A program made the translations under genes and the position numbers. A stretch of 62,999 nt of DNA, the filler included, from Octopus bimaculoides (taxonomy: Eukaryota), in NCBI RefSeq assembly GCF_001194135.2. It is 6 parts of 5 records of this genome, joined end to end, with 100 filler letters (N's around TTAATTAATTAA, not from the genome) between each part and the next. Parts side by side here need not be neighbours in the genome. Positions count along the whole stretch, not along the records: positions 24,870 to 54,675 come from NC_068983.1; 5 more parts are not named here. The stretch is one strand, 5' to 3'. The notes below the pieces were generated by a model. That model was not told where the DNA came from. It did not search any database and was given only the letters and a program-made list of their open reading frames with translations. Within the stretch, counting starts at the first letter, position 1, and each line of letters begins with the position of its first letter. Below are positions 24,826 to 36,747 of this stretch, piece after piece.

Positions 24826-25669
24826 NNNNNNNNNNNNNNNNNNNNNNNNNNNNNNNNNNNNNNNNNNNNATATACATATAAAGTTTTAATTTAAAAAAAC
24901 CTTTAACGATATTATAAACAATAAAGACTAATTATTAATCAAATATTATTAATCAAAAACAATCGAAAATATATCAACACTATTCAAATCGAAGTTCTAA
25001 TATTATGTTGAAATGAAACTATAACTTCTAAATAATTTAGTGTTAAATAAGTTATCTATTGAAAATAATCTTTAAAGAACCAAATGAATAATATAAAAAA
25101 CAAGATTACATATTATTTTCAAATAGTAGAAAATCTTTGATATTTACTTTGTTTTATATTATACTCATTTATTGTGCTTTTAATTGTTAATTTTTCTATA
25201 TGTGATAGTGGATTTTCATCGGTGAGTTCTTGAAACTCGGTTATTTTCTCTAAAACTATATATTTTATATATATATTATCTATAAAGCTCCATTTAATTT
25301 TGATTTTTTATGTATCTGTATTATTTTTTCGTGTTTGGGAACCATGGTGTTTTTTTTATATATGATTAAAATAAATTCCCAGCACCGATTACCTATTGAA
25401 ACGATGTGCACTTTGAATAATTAAATAGAAGTGCTAAAATTTTAATTTTAGTTTCTCGAACTGAAATTGTGCTGCTTCTATATATAAATATAAATTATAT
25501 TTCCCAGTAAAATAGTCTGAAGCTATCGTTCGCATCCCTTCGAAGACGGCATTTCTCGTCATTGATGTATAAAGTGACCACATTGTTTCTTTCTCTGTCC
25601 CTGGTTTATTTATATACCAACCTTTCTCGATGTTGACACCTGCTGTATAAAGCGTGGTTAAACGTTTTT

Positions 25670-25890
25670 AGAAAATTACTATTTTTAAATCTCACAACGA
25701 GAGATATTCAGCAACAGTACTTTGGAGTAAAGATTATTTGCCAACGTAACATGGCAGTCCTGGTTTAGGACGAATATTGCTGTAATTTAGCCCCAGGAGA
25801 CATCGTCTCCAGTTGGCTATGCGACAATCTATGTCCTTATATTTTCGAACAAGGGAATTTAGCACCCCCACTCAGCTCAGTTAATAGATC
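25670..25890 (+). mobile_element. Interspersed repeat related to 9871-10160
   Basis: gtaaagattatttgccaacgtaacatggcagtcctggtttaggacgaat...ggagacatcgtctccag. Confidence 0.85.
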
Positions 25891-26222
25891 AGTGACTAGT
25901 TGTCACTTTGACAACTATATATTTCNNNNNNNNNNNNNNNNNNNNNNNNNNNNNNNNNNNNNNNNNNNNNNNNNNNNNNNNNNNNNNNNNNNNNNNNNNN
26001 NNNNNNNNNNNNNNNNNNNNNNNNNNNNNNNNNNNNNNNNNNNNNNNNNNNNTATATATGTATGTATATTTGTATATTTGTATATTTGTATACATGTATG
26101 CCATGTATGGAGACACATATAAAAGCGACATTGAACACGGCCACATCTAATTTATAGTTTGTAATTGAGTGCTCAATCGATAAATGTATACTATAAGTAT
26201 ACGTGTGTGCGTGTGTGCATAG

Positions 26223-26282
<60 letters not shown>

Positions 26283-26642
26283 ATCTGTCCGTCCGTACGT
26301 CTATTTGCCTGTCTCTGCCTGTCTGTCTCTCATATATATATATAAATGATTACCATCATATCCACCAATCAGAAACAGCTATGACTTGGCAGAATGTACG
26401 CTCATACTTCCTCATAATTTTGTTCACAATGTCCTCGCGAGCAAGTAGGCATTCTCTCTTTCTGCCTTCCCACGCTGGATCCAGGACAATATCCGAGATG
26501 TCATAGATGAAAGAGAAAATGGCGACATACGCAAAGCAAGGTCACAAAACTGATTATTTATTTCTCAGCTGATTAGACGGACGTTTCGTGAAATAAAAGC
26601 CTTGTTCAATGATAACAACTAGCGCTCTGTAATCGGAATCGA

Positions 26643-26825
26643 AGTCACAGCCTTATATTAGTGATCCCAATACCCTAATCACTATGGCTACGAGCCTTAA
26701 CTATGACAGTCCACCTTTTCTGGTTTTCTGTGTCATAGTTAAGGCTCGTAGCCATAGTGATTAGGGTATTGGGATCACTAATATAAGGCTGTGACTAAGT
26801 CCACCTTTTTCTGGTTTTCTGTGTC
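26643..26825. repeat. Perfect 66-bp inverted repeat with duplicated spacer (X-Y-X'-Y)
   Basis: 26643-26708 is the exact reverse complement of 26731-26796; the 22-nt spacer recurs at 26799-26821. Confidence 0.95.
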
Positions 26826-27869
26826 CGCATCTCTTTTACTTGTTCCAATATATGGACTTCTGATATGCTGGAACACAACCGTTTCTTGGTGTTACTGGTT
26901 TGATAGAAGTTTTTCCGTTGTTGGTATTTGGTGAAAGAGGCAATTGGGTGTCAAGAGAACGAAGGAAACAAAGAAGTAACGAAAGAGCGAGAGAAGGAAC
27001 TAAAGAAGAAAAGAACGAAAAAGATGAAGGATGGAAAAAATAGGTAATGGAAAAAGCAAGCAAGAAAGAAAAGAGAGCTAAGAAGGAAAGAATAAATGAG
27101 AGGAGAAGAAAGAATAAAGTCGAAAAAAAAAACACTAAAGAAAACATGGGAAAAGTTAGAATGAAAGAAGGAATTGTGAGAAAATAAAGAACGAAAGAAT
27201 GCAAACAAGAACGACTACAAAAATCTTTAAGTTTGTAAAAAATATTTGATTAAATAAAACATTCATGATGTAACCAACATTAATAGTTAGGAGTCTTCGC
27301 TAATATAACATGGAAGGAATTCCAACCACGTTTCATGGTTCGATACCTCAACAGCTTCTTTATAGGATCCAATGGCCAAAGATATCATCAAGAAAGAAGA
27401 ACCATGTCTAATTTTGGCCTCTACTCTTCTACCGTTTGCGACGTGGTGGGCTCTCTTCAGCTTTGGTGTTGAGTGCGTTTCTTCTTTCTCCTTTTTTCTT
27501 CTGTTCTTTGGTTTCTTTGATGCAGCGTCAACGAACGTCAGCGGGCGAATGACCATGCTGCCAAATTTCCCTGTAAATACTCGCCGGCAGGCTCCAGGAG
27601 CCAGCACCAGCTAATTGTCACGTGACACTGTCTAAGCTTCAACTGACCAATGGAGGGGAAGGGCGCGTAATCTTATCCTGCACCCTCTCTAAACCTGCCT
27701 TCCAACAGTGTCCTGTTAGTTTCAGTTCCAACAGCCAGAGCCAACCAGCTGTTTGGTGGTACAAGCCTTCGAACCAGGAGGAGGGGACGCCATGAACGAG
27801 ACCGCTACCTGTCAATCAGCGATGCTGCTTAAGCGTCAACCAGTCTCACCTAACGAAGCTATTTCCCAG

Positions 27870-28850
27870 TCGGCATGTTATGGGTTTCAAGCCATGTTGG
27901 GTCTTCTCACTTCAGCCATGTTGGGTCTTCTCACTTCAGCCATATATAGAAACTGACTTTGTCAACTGCCCCCTGTATCCTCCTTATTACTTTTCTCAGC
28001 TCTGAGCTCGAAAATGCAAATCTTTTGAATAACGTTGTCATTTTCCTTTCAATGAAGCATCTAGCCCCCACTGACAGGTGGTAATACTCGACAGTCCATC
28101 CCTGTTCTCTGTACTCTTCAATTAATCTCTCATACCTCTTCTCCATCCGTTGCTCTGCATTAGCGATGTTCTCTTCCCATGGCACTGTCAGCTCTAGCAA
28201 AATTCCCATTTTCCGTTCTGTGTTCCATAGGATTAAGTCCGTTCTTTTTTTGTCGTTTTTTTTTTAAGTGGAAATATTAACAGTCTTTCCAAATCCGTGG
28301 TCAGCCCCCAGTATCCCTTCCATCTTTCGTCTGTCTCGTATATTTTATTTGAAGGCCTGGCCTTAAGTATATTTTCCTGCGTTTTTCCATTTTGGGGTAC
28401 TCTCCCCTATTGTATCCCTCGATCTTCTCCTTGAGTGCTGCACTTACGACACCGAGTACTTGATTGTGGCGCCATGTATGTCTGTCTAGTGCTAGCCTGC
28501 AGTTTGACAGAACATGTCTCACCGTCGCTTTCTCTCCGCATCCACATTCATCAGTTGTTTGTACGTTCCACCGGACTAAATTGGCCGGTGAAGGTAAAAT
28601 GTCGAAGGCAGACTTGATCAGGAAGGTTGTTCTTGCTTGTTCCCAAGAGATTCTGCGACTGACTACATATTCCTCCCATCTCAGGCACTGTCCCACTTGA
28701 CTACATTACACCAAATATACATTTCACCTTTCTTCTTCCTCCTTTCTCACTTCGTATACCACTGCCTCTTTCATCTCTTTTACACTGGCTTGAAATTGTA
28801 CAGCCCTAGACCGGCTCTTGCTTTTTGCGTCGCTCCGACTATATATGAAA
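27870..28850 (-). mobile_element. HERO-like (RLE-type) non-LTR retrotransposon, decayed 3' part
   Basis: IVGATQKARAGLG..EAVVYEVRKEEEE..GQCLRWE..LIKSAFDILPSPANLVRW..CGCGEKATVRHVLSNC..WRHNQVL (CCHC-type knuckle), then TDLILW..LELTVPWEENIANAEQRMEKRY..SFYIWLK (restriction-like endonuclease); stops and frameshifts present. Confidence 0.88.
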
Positions 28851-30618
28851 GTAGCCGATGGTCACTGAAGACGAAATATATAGTCAGGGGATTCGACCAT
28901 TCAATCCAAAGATTGTACCTTTATTGAGTACAACTGCAGCATATTAAGAAAGAGAAAGAGAGAGCGGAAGACCATCCCACTGAGCAAAGTGTTATAGCTT
29001 CCTGCGGATTACTGAGAGGCATTGGTCTGAGATTGAATTCGCAAGCTTTTTATAACTGTAGGTCAAATTTTTCGGAACCTTCGATTAAGCTATTTAACGC
29101 GGAAACGTGCACAGTTCTTTTGAAATTTGCCACATAAACCATAACAAATCAGGCAGTGCTAATCGCGTATGTTTTAATACCTTTTATGGCAACACACACA
29201 CACACATACAAACATACACACACACGCACACACACACACACACATGCACATACACACATGTAAACAAACGCACACAGACACACTCATACGCACTCTCGGA
29301 CACACGCGCACACACACACGCACATACACACACACGTGCACGCATACACATATGCGCGCGCGCGTGCTTGATATGGGAAGCGAAGCAAATGGTTCGTTCT
29401 GTTAACATTTCGGTGTCATTGTCTCTCATCTAAGAATGAAGAAGAGAAAAAAAAAAGAATGTTTACCTTCGCTTTAGTTGGAAACCACCACGATCACCAA
29501 TGTCTTCGGAATCTGGATTTTTGTTTGTTTTATGGTCTTCAATATTCCATCTGTAATAGTTCCTCACATACACAGAATGGTATCATTTAAAATTGTGCTC
29601 TTCACACTTTTGTTGCATTCCGGGAGGGTCATTATGCCAATGATACACACACGCACTGGTTGTACTTCACTTCTTTATTGTTGTTAGTCAACTAGTTAAG
29701 TATCTAACTAATTAACTAATCAGCTAGGTTCGTCGAAGTTCTGTCGTCATCATTCGCATCATTGGCATAAAGAACCTCTCGTGGCAACAAAACGTATTTC
29801 AACACACGAGTTCACATCAAGAAATTTGCAAATCGACTCCAAAAACGAAATGTTCTTCAAACGAATCCGCTAAATTCCTTAATTCCTTCCTTCTTTATAC
29901 TCGGTAGCATGTTATTTTTGTGATCTGGAGAGCGTACGAACACCTAGAATGAATACAGTTATGTATGCGTGTACGTGTGTACGTTTGCAGAGGAAGAAAT
30001 ACTTATGTAAAACCATCTGGCAAAGGGTACAGGGCATGTCCACTTCAAGTGGAAATGAATGGCAGATAGACTGCGAGGCGGTGGTATGCGTGCTAGTGAG
30101 GAACGATCGTCAACTGACAGGCTTGTCTAGTAAGAAGAAGTGTAGAAAATTCCTTAAAGGAAAAAGAAAAACACCAATTAATAGTCTACAAGTTGGCAGA
30201 CACGTTAAGAGAGGCGATCCGCCATGGCGCCAGCCTTCATTGCTTGTCTAGCAAAAGACGAGTTTGTTACACGTCTGGCTTGTTCACTTGCTTTAGATTG
30301 GTGTTAATTTGCCCTTTCTATCTATGGAGACTCTCTTCCGATTTTGTTTGCAACATAAATACCACCATTAAGGCTGTTCTGTTATGAGAAGATGGCGGAA
30401 TCCATTTGAGCACAAATGGTTGCAACCGCTTGACATTTACATAACGACACATCACAGATATACACATAAACAAACTCATAGACGTTACATATACATATAT
30501 ACAACACACACAAACACACACACACGCGCGTGCGCATACACATACATATACATATACAAGTACGTACCTGCCTATATGTGTGTATATATATGTGTGTATG
30601 TGCGTGCGTAGATATAGT

Positions 30619-30655
<37 letters not shown>

Positions 30656-30796
30656 TTAAGTAAGATTCGGAAAAGCCTTGTAGAATGCTATGCAAAGCTC
30701 GTCCACAGTTACAGTTATTGGTTATCTGATGTCATCATAAAGTGGAAATCTTCCTACTACTGGATGTACACCAGGAATTCCATGGTATCCGTAGAG

Positions 30797-30862
<66 letters not shown>

Positions 30863-30870
30863 AGTTTGTC

Positions 30871-30908
<38 letters not shown>

Positions 30909-31384
30909 TATTAATATTAATAAGGAGTACAAGGAGTATGGAATTGTACATCCACAAACTCTATTTTATATACAGCATATTACAATGACCTACACGTGTT
31001 TCCACTGCTGTGACTACTCACTGTTGCAGATGCAGTCTTGCAATATTTTCAGTGCAGTTTCATAAGATGTCCATTTGGTCTTCTTCGAAGTGAACTGGCT
31101 GAAGTTAAGTTTTTGTTAGTTACACACACAAACACACACGAACGCACACACACACACACACACACATGTATGTATGTACGCATGCATGCATGCAAACACA
31201 CACACGCGTTGCTTTAGGTCGAATGAATGAAAAAAGAGTGCTCAATACATATTGCAGAGCATATGTTTTTCTTTTAATTTTACCTGAACCAGAAAGTTTG
31301 TCTCGTGACTCGAGATGAATGTATTTTATGTATGGTAGCTAAGAGATAGAACGTTGGATATTGGTGTTTTGGAATGAATTTGGA

Positions 31385-31702
31385 ATTCTGCAAATTCTTT
31401 CATTCAAGCATTCTTTCCCATAAACTGAGTGTATGTTTCGAGTCGCTTCGGCTGCAGAGTTTCCTTTTCTGAACTTATGAAGCATTATGTGCTTTAAATG
31501 CTCTCTGGATACTTCCATGTTAGAAAGGGTTTTAATCAAAAAATTTTTAATTCTATGATTCTATAAAAGAATATTTAATGAGTTTAAATGTACACAAATG
31601 CATAAAATTAATTTTTAATTCCATTAGACATTCCAAAATGCTATTAAATTTCATTCAATTTTAAAAAAGGTAAAATCGGACAGAACTTATGGAATGACCT
31701 GA
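31385..31702 (-). mobile_element. Mariner 5' fragment (TIR + N-terminal HTH)
   Basis: Minus strand TA-caggtcattccataagttctgtccg TIR-like end, then MEVSREHLKHIMLHKFRKGNSAAEATRNIHSVYG. Confidence 0.82.
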
Positions 31703-31714
31703 TATATATATATA

Positions 31715-32081
31715 TTTTCCTGTCCCTCTAATTGTTGTTTCCCCTGTCCCCCTTTGTATCGTCTATCTGTCCAGATGTTTCATTGTCCTCTATTGCGTTT
31801 TTATTCTATTTTAAAAAGAATTATATATACATATAGCGGCGTACGTACACTTTTGCTCACCTTATAGTAAGTGTGTATCTACATTTTGTACGATTCTTTT
31901 ACTCTGTCTGTTAGTCTCCTCATACTTTCTTCCTCTTTTTTCTTGCTCTCCCTCTGACGAAAGAAGGCCACGAATGACACGTCCTTTTTTTTTCCTGTCC
32001 TTCTAATTGTTGTTTTTCTTGTCCGCCTTTGTAACGTCTATTTGTCCGAATGTTTTATTGCATTCTATTGTGTTTTAGTTC

Positions 32082-32088
<7 letters not shown>
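31715..32088 (+). mobile_element. Small element with about 98-bp diverged direct terminal repeats between (TA)n tracts
   Basis: 31715-31812 resembles 31990-32088; the spacer holds a decayed CTGACGA...CGAA motif at 31954. Confidence 0.6.
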
Positions 32089-32121
<33 letters not shown>

Positions 32122-32270
32122 NNNNNNNNNNNNNNNNNNNNNNNNNNNNNNNNNNNNNNNNNNNNNNNNNNNNNNNNNNNNNNNNNNNNNNNNNNNNNNN
32201 NNNNNNNNNNNNNNNNNNNNNNNNNNNNNNNNNNNNNNNNNNNNNNNNNNNNNNNNNNNNNNNNNNNNNN

Positions 32271-32320
<50 letters not shown>

Positions 32321-32321
32321 G

Positions 32322-32648
32322 AGTACAGGGCGTCACCAACAGTAAACAATATGAAGTACGAAAATAAATGAGTTAAATACGCAAACAACGAGAGCAAAAA
32401 ATGGAAAACAAGACAAGTAATACAAAGAACGACCCTTCGTCAGTTGTTGGTTATCTATCTTCTCCTCACTTCGAGCATTCAACGACAATATGTCTTCGAA
32501 GACAGTTGCTCCCATAAATACCAAAATAATTTTTTGGATTTATGGAGGGTCAAAGTTGGGAACACAAAAAGAACAGTGAAGACATACAAGGAAACCGAAC
32601 GAAAACGAACATGGAGGGTCGTTAGACCAGAACGAGGCGAAAACAGAG

Positions 32649-32650
<2 letters not shown>
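32322..32650 (+). mobile_element. (TA)n-adjacent interspersed repeat, family P (longest copy)
   Basis: Starts gagtacagggcgtcacc directly after (TA)n; related copies at 5030 and 50655. Confidence 0.65.
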
Positions 32651-32696
<46 letters not shown>

Positions 32697-32879
32697 CGAG
32701 AGAGTATGTTTATGTATGCGTGCGTGTCAGAGTTATCATGCTTGTGAATGTGTATAACAAATGATGTATGAATGAATGAAGTATACCGTCAATATTTTGG
32801 TCAGAGAAATAGATATATATATAGAGAGAGAGAGAGATTGAAGGGGGGAAAGAGTGAGTGAGTGAGAAAATTTATGTAT

Positions 32880-32993
<114 letters not shown>

Positions 32994-34241
32994 CAGTTTA
33001 AGCTAATTATCGTATGTGTGACAGTCCACATGCGAGGGTGTGCTTTGCTATGCCGTATAGCGTACATGTCTTTTTTGTTTGCGTATATATCTCTATGAGT
33101 GTGTATGTATGTGTTGATATGTAGCTGAGCTAACGAGAAGAACAATATTTAGAAGACGCATCCGCAAAGAAGAAAAATAAGAACCACAAAAAAGTGAAAC
33201 TTTCAAGCGGACATGTTAATGGAAGGAGATGAGAGGGGAAAAAAAGAAGAAGGCAAAGAAACAGTAAAAGGAAAAATAATGAACAAGAGAAAAAGAAAGA
33301 ATCTGAAAGAAAAAGAAAAGAAAAGAGGAAACGCATCAACAAAAACGAAAGAGTGGGAGGGAGAACGAAATGAAGGAAAAGAAAGAAAAAGACAGGTAAC
33401 AAGAAGCCAGCAGGAAGACTATTAATGGAGAAAATAGCGTTGTCAGACTAGAAATACAACGGTGATGATACCCAGTAATGTAACAGGGCTGAAACCAGCA
33501 ATTCAAACGCCGTTTTCAACGGCAGATGATAAAGGAATGCCGCTGTGACGTTTGTTTGTTGTAACAAATAGTTGGACAATAATAGACATTTTAGCAGAAG
33601 CAAACATGGCGACTATTCCGTGAAATCTCTTCAACAAGTTTTCGAGAAACAAACGTACGAAAGCCTATCAGTAACAGCAGTAACAATATTATCAACATTT
33701 TACTACAATGTCATACTATCGAAAACAAATAACCACTTGTTGGTGTCTCTTACATACCTTCTGACACGCTGACACTATTTGTATAAAGTTGTATAATCAG
33801 AATGGTCTATGCATATACGCACATACCTAAACTCATGTAAAAAACACACAATATGCGCGCACCCAAACACACACACACACACACACACACACGCATTGCA
33901 GAAAATACACAAAAGAATCTACATACCGTATACACTCGTGTAAAAGTCAAATTTTTAGACCATTTTTTGAGGTCAAATTTATTGGGTCGACTATTACATG
34001 GGTAATACTTTTGAGAGGCAGAAATTCAAGCTAGAATCCGAAGTACCGTATCAGCAGCAGCAGAAACCCAACTGATCTCTAAGCGAATAAAAACAAAAAC
34101 ACAATGAATTACAGTAATACCAATTCTATGCATCAAAACACGCGTCCTAGTAAATAACAAAACCCTTAAACAAGACCACATAGCTCCCATGTGCAGTTAT
34201 CAGTAAATGTCCATAATATGGTGTAGAGTTGTTAATCCGGT

Positions 34242-34361
34242 ACAGGGATTCCCGAAGTATGTTCTGAAAAACCCCAGGGTTCCCTGAAAGTTGTCAGGGG
34301 CTCCACATTTTAAAAAAATAACGTCGAAGGATTCCGCGGCAAAAAAAGTTTAGGAACCACT
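34242..34361. mobile_element. hAT/Charlie-like MITE
   Basis: Ends cagggattccc...gaaaaccccagggttccc and ggattccgcggcaaaaaaagtttaggaaccactg. Confidence 0.6.
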
Positions 34362-34712
34362 GATTTAGCGATTAACTAAATGTTTTTAGGTTTACCGAAG
34401 TCATGCTTCTGAACGAATTCATACAGTGGCGTTTGCTGTTGTTCGTCTGTAAAACATGTTTCTCGCCATGTAAACAGACAAGCGTATGACGCATGTGTTT
34501 ATTGTATTTGGAGATGAAGAAAATATAAATGCCACATGGGAACCACTGGTTTAGCGATTCATTGAATGTTTTTAGGTTTACCAATGTCATGCCTTTGTAC
34601 GAATTCGGACTGTGGCGTTTGCCAGTGTTCGCCAGTTGTGGTGTCTGTGAAACACGTTTCTCACCATGTAAACAATGAGTGTATGAGGTATGTGTTTATT
34701 GTACTTCAAGAT
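34352..34712 (+). repeat. Diverged tandem duplication, about 186-bp unit
   Basis: ggaaccactg(a/g)tttagcgatt...tgtttttaggtttacc...tgtgtttattgta occurs at 34352 and 34539. Confidence 0.85.
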
Positions 34713-34776
34713 GTATGCAGGCTTGCAGCTTATCCATTTAATAGCGAGCACTAACAGATGCATATATATGTATATA

Positions 34777-34826
<50 letters not shown>

Positions 34827-35434
34827 TATGTGTGCATTTATATGTATATGTGTGTGTGTGTGCATATATATATATATGCATATATGCATATATGTAAATA
34901 TAATATGTAAAGTTCTGTTTAGCACTTTTCCGAGATGGATTATTACGTATCGAGCTGCAGTAATTTATCATTCTCCATTAAGTATTTCTTTCTGTATTTT
35001 CTGAAAGTCTTGCTAACATTATGGTCACATCTTATAGTAAGTTCAGAGTATTTGTTGATAAATTAAATATTCTTTTGAGATAATTATAGGTTGCACCATC
35101 GACCTTTGAAAGAATTCTCTGTCGCACTGACGTATATGTATTCCTTTGCTTCAGTCCAGACAAAGCCTCTGCATGCAATGTTTTTACGGAGACTCGTTTT
35201 CCAGAAGACATGCAGCCTTGTTCCTACAATTACACGTTTTTATATTGTTAGAAATATGGGCCCTTTTGGCGTTATTAATTCTATTTTTCTACAATTACTC
35301 ATGTCACTACTATCAATATCCTTATTGTAGCTATTATGGATTTTCGAAAGTACGATCTGTAAAAAAATCAGCCTCCGAGTTATAGTAATATCTGAAGGTC
35401 TGTAGCCGGTGATGAGCTTAAAAGAGTAAACTGC

Positions 35435-35760
35435 TGTACTCTTTCACCACAACTTTCTCTCACTCTTTCTTCCTCTTTCTATTGTATTTCAAAGGGCCAA
35501 CCTGTCACACTCTGTGACACGCTGAATCTCCCAGAAAACTACGTTAAGGGTACACGTGACTATGGAGTGCTCAGCCACTTGCACGTTAATAACTGAGCTG
35601 TGACATCACTGGTGCCAAGCTGTATCAGCCTTTGCCTTTCCCTTCGATAACATCGGTGGCTGGTATACATGCGCCACTGCTGGTCTTTCATAAACAACCT
35701 TGCCCAGACTTGTGTCTAGGGGGGGGGGTTAACTTTCTAGATGCAATCCCATGGTCATTC
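35435..35760 (+). mobile_element. Chimeric SINE: family B body fused to family D 3' part
   Basis: B sequence up to cttgcacgttaat (about 35590), then tgagctgtgacatcactggtgccaagctgtatc as in 40135-40445. Confidence 0.8.
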
Positions 35761-35802
<42 letters not shown>

Positions 35803-36747
35803 TATATACATGCATACATACATATACATACATNNNNNNNNNNNNNNNNNNNNNNNNNNNNNNNNNNNNNNNNNNNNNNNNNNNNNNNNNNNNNNNNNNN
35901 NNNNNNNNNNNNNNNNNNNNNNNNNNNNNNNNNNNNNNNNNNNNNNNNNNNNNNNNNNNNNNNNNNNNNNNNNNNNNNNNNNNNNNNNNNNNNNNNNNNN
36001 NNNNNNNNNNNNNNNNNNNNNNNNNNNNNNNNNNNNNNNNNNNNNNNNNNNNNNNNNNNNNNNNNNNNNNNNNNNNNNNNNNNNNNNNNNNNNNNNNNNN
36101 NNNNNNNNNNNNNNNNNNNNNNNNNNNNNNNNNNNNNNNNNNNNNNNNNNNNNNNNNNNNNNNNTATATATATGGATCAAAACAGTTTGATTGAAATTCG
36201 TTGGTATTCTTGAGTTTCGAGCGTGATGATAGTCGTCAGCCATTTTGAATTTGAATGACAGAAGTTGATTGTTATTGCCGTACGTTGGGCTGCGATTGGT
36301 CGAGGAAGTTCGCACGGTGTCGTGGTTTGATGTTTGTATATGAGCAATAGTTAGTTGGAAATACCGCACGGTGAAAAGGAAATCGACCACGTTGAGGACA
36401 TGAAATAGAGAACGTAGCGGTCAGAAATCGGTCAAGTTATTGGTGGGGGAGAGGAAAAAGGAACGGGTGGCATGTGCAAGTATAGGGTGTCCTGACGCGG
36501 TCAAATAGTTTTGCGTGCAAAATATACTCATGCACGCAAAACTATATGAGCGCGTCTGCGCACCCACATATAAGCTATATTCTTGCATACGCTAACCCTT
36601 CCCCCTTCCTCCAACAACCTGACCGACTTCTAATCACCACGTGGTCAATTTCCTGTCTTCCACGTGGTCAATTTCCTGTTCGCCATACATGTAAATTGGT
36701 TGAGTGCTTATCTTTCGTTCGTCCACTCACTCGTATAAGTATATATA

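Noticed and set aside
24870-25500. Mitochondrial insertion (numt) in a very AT-rich stretch
   Set aside because: No recognisable mitochondrial protein, tRNA or rRNA motif could be read.
29949-30251. 100-aa ORF as a host gene
   Set aside because: It starts in a (GT) tract, has no recognisable domain, and has only weak splice support.
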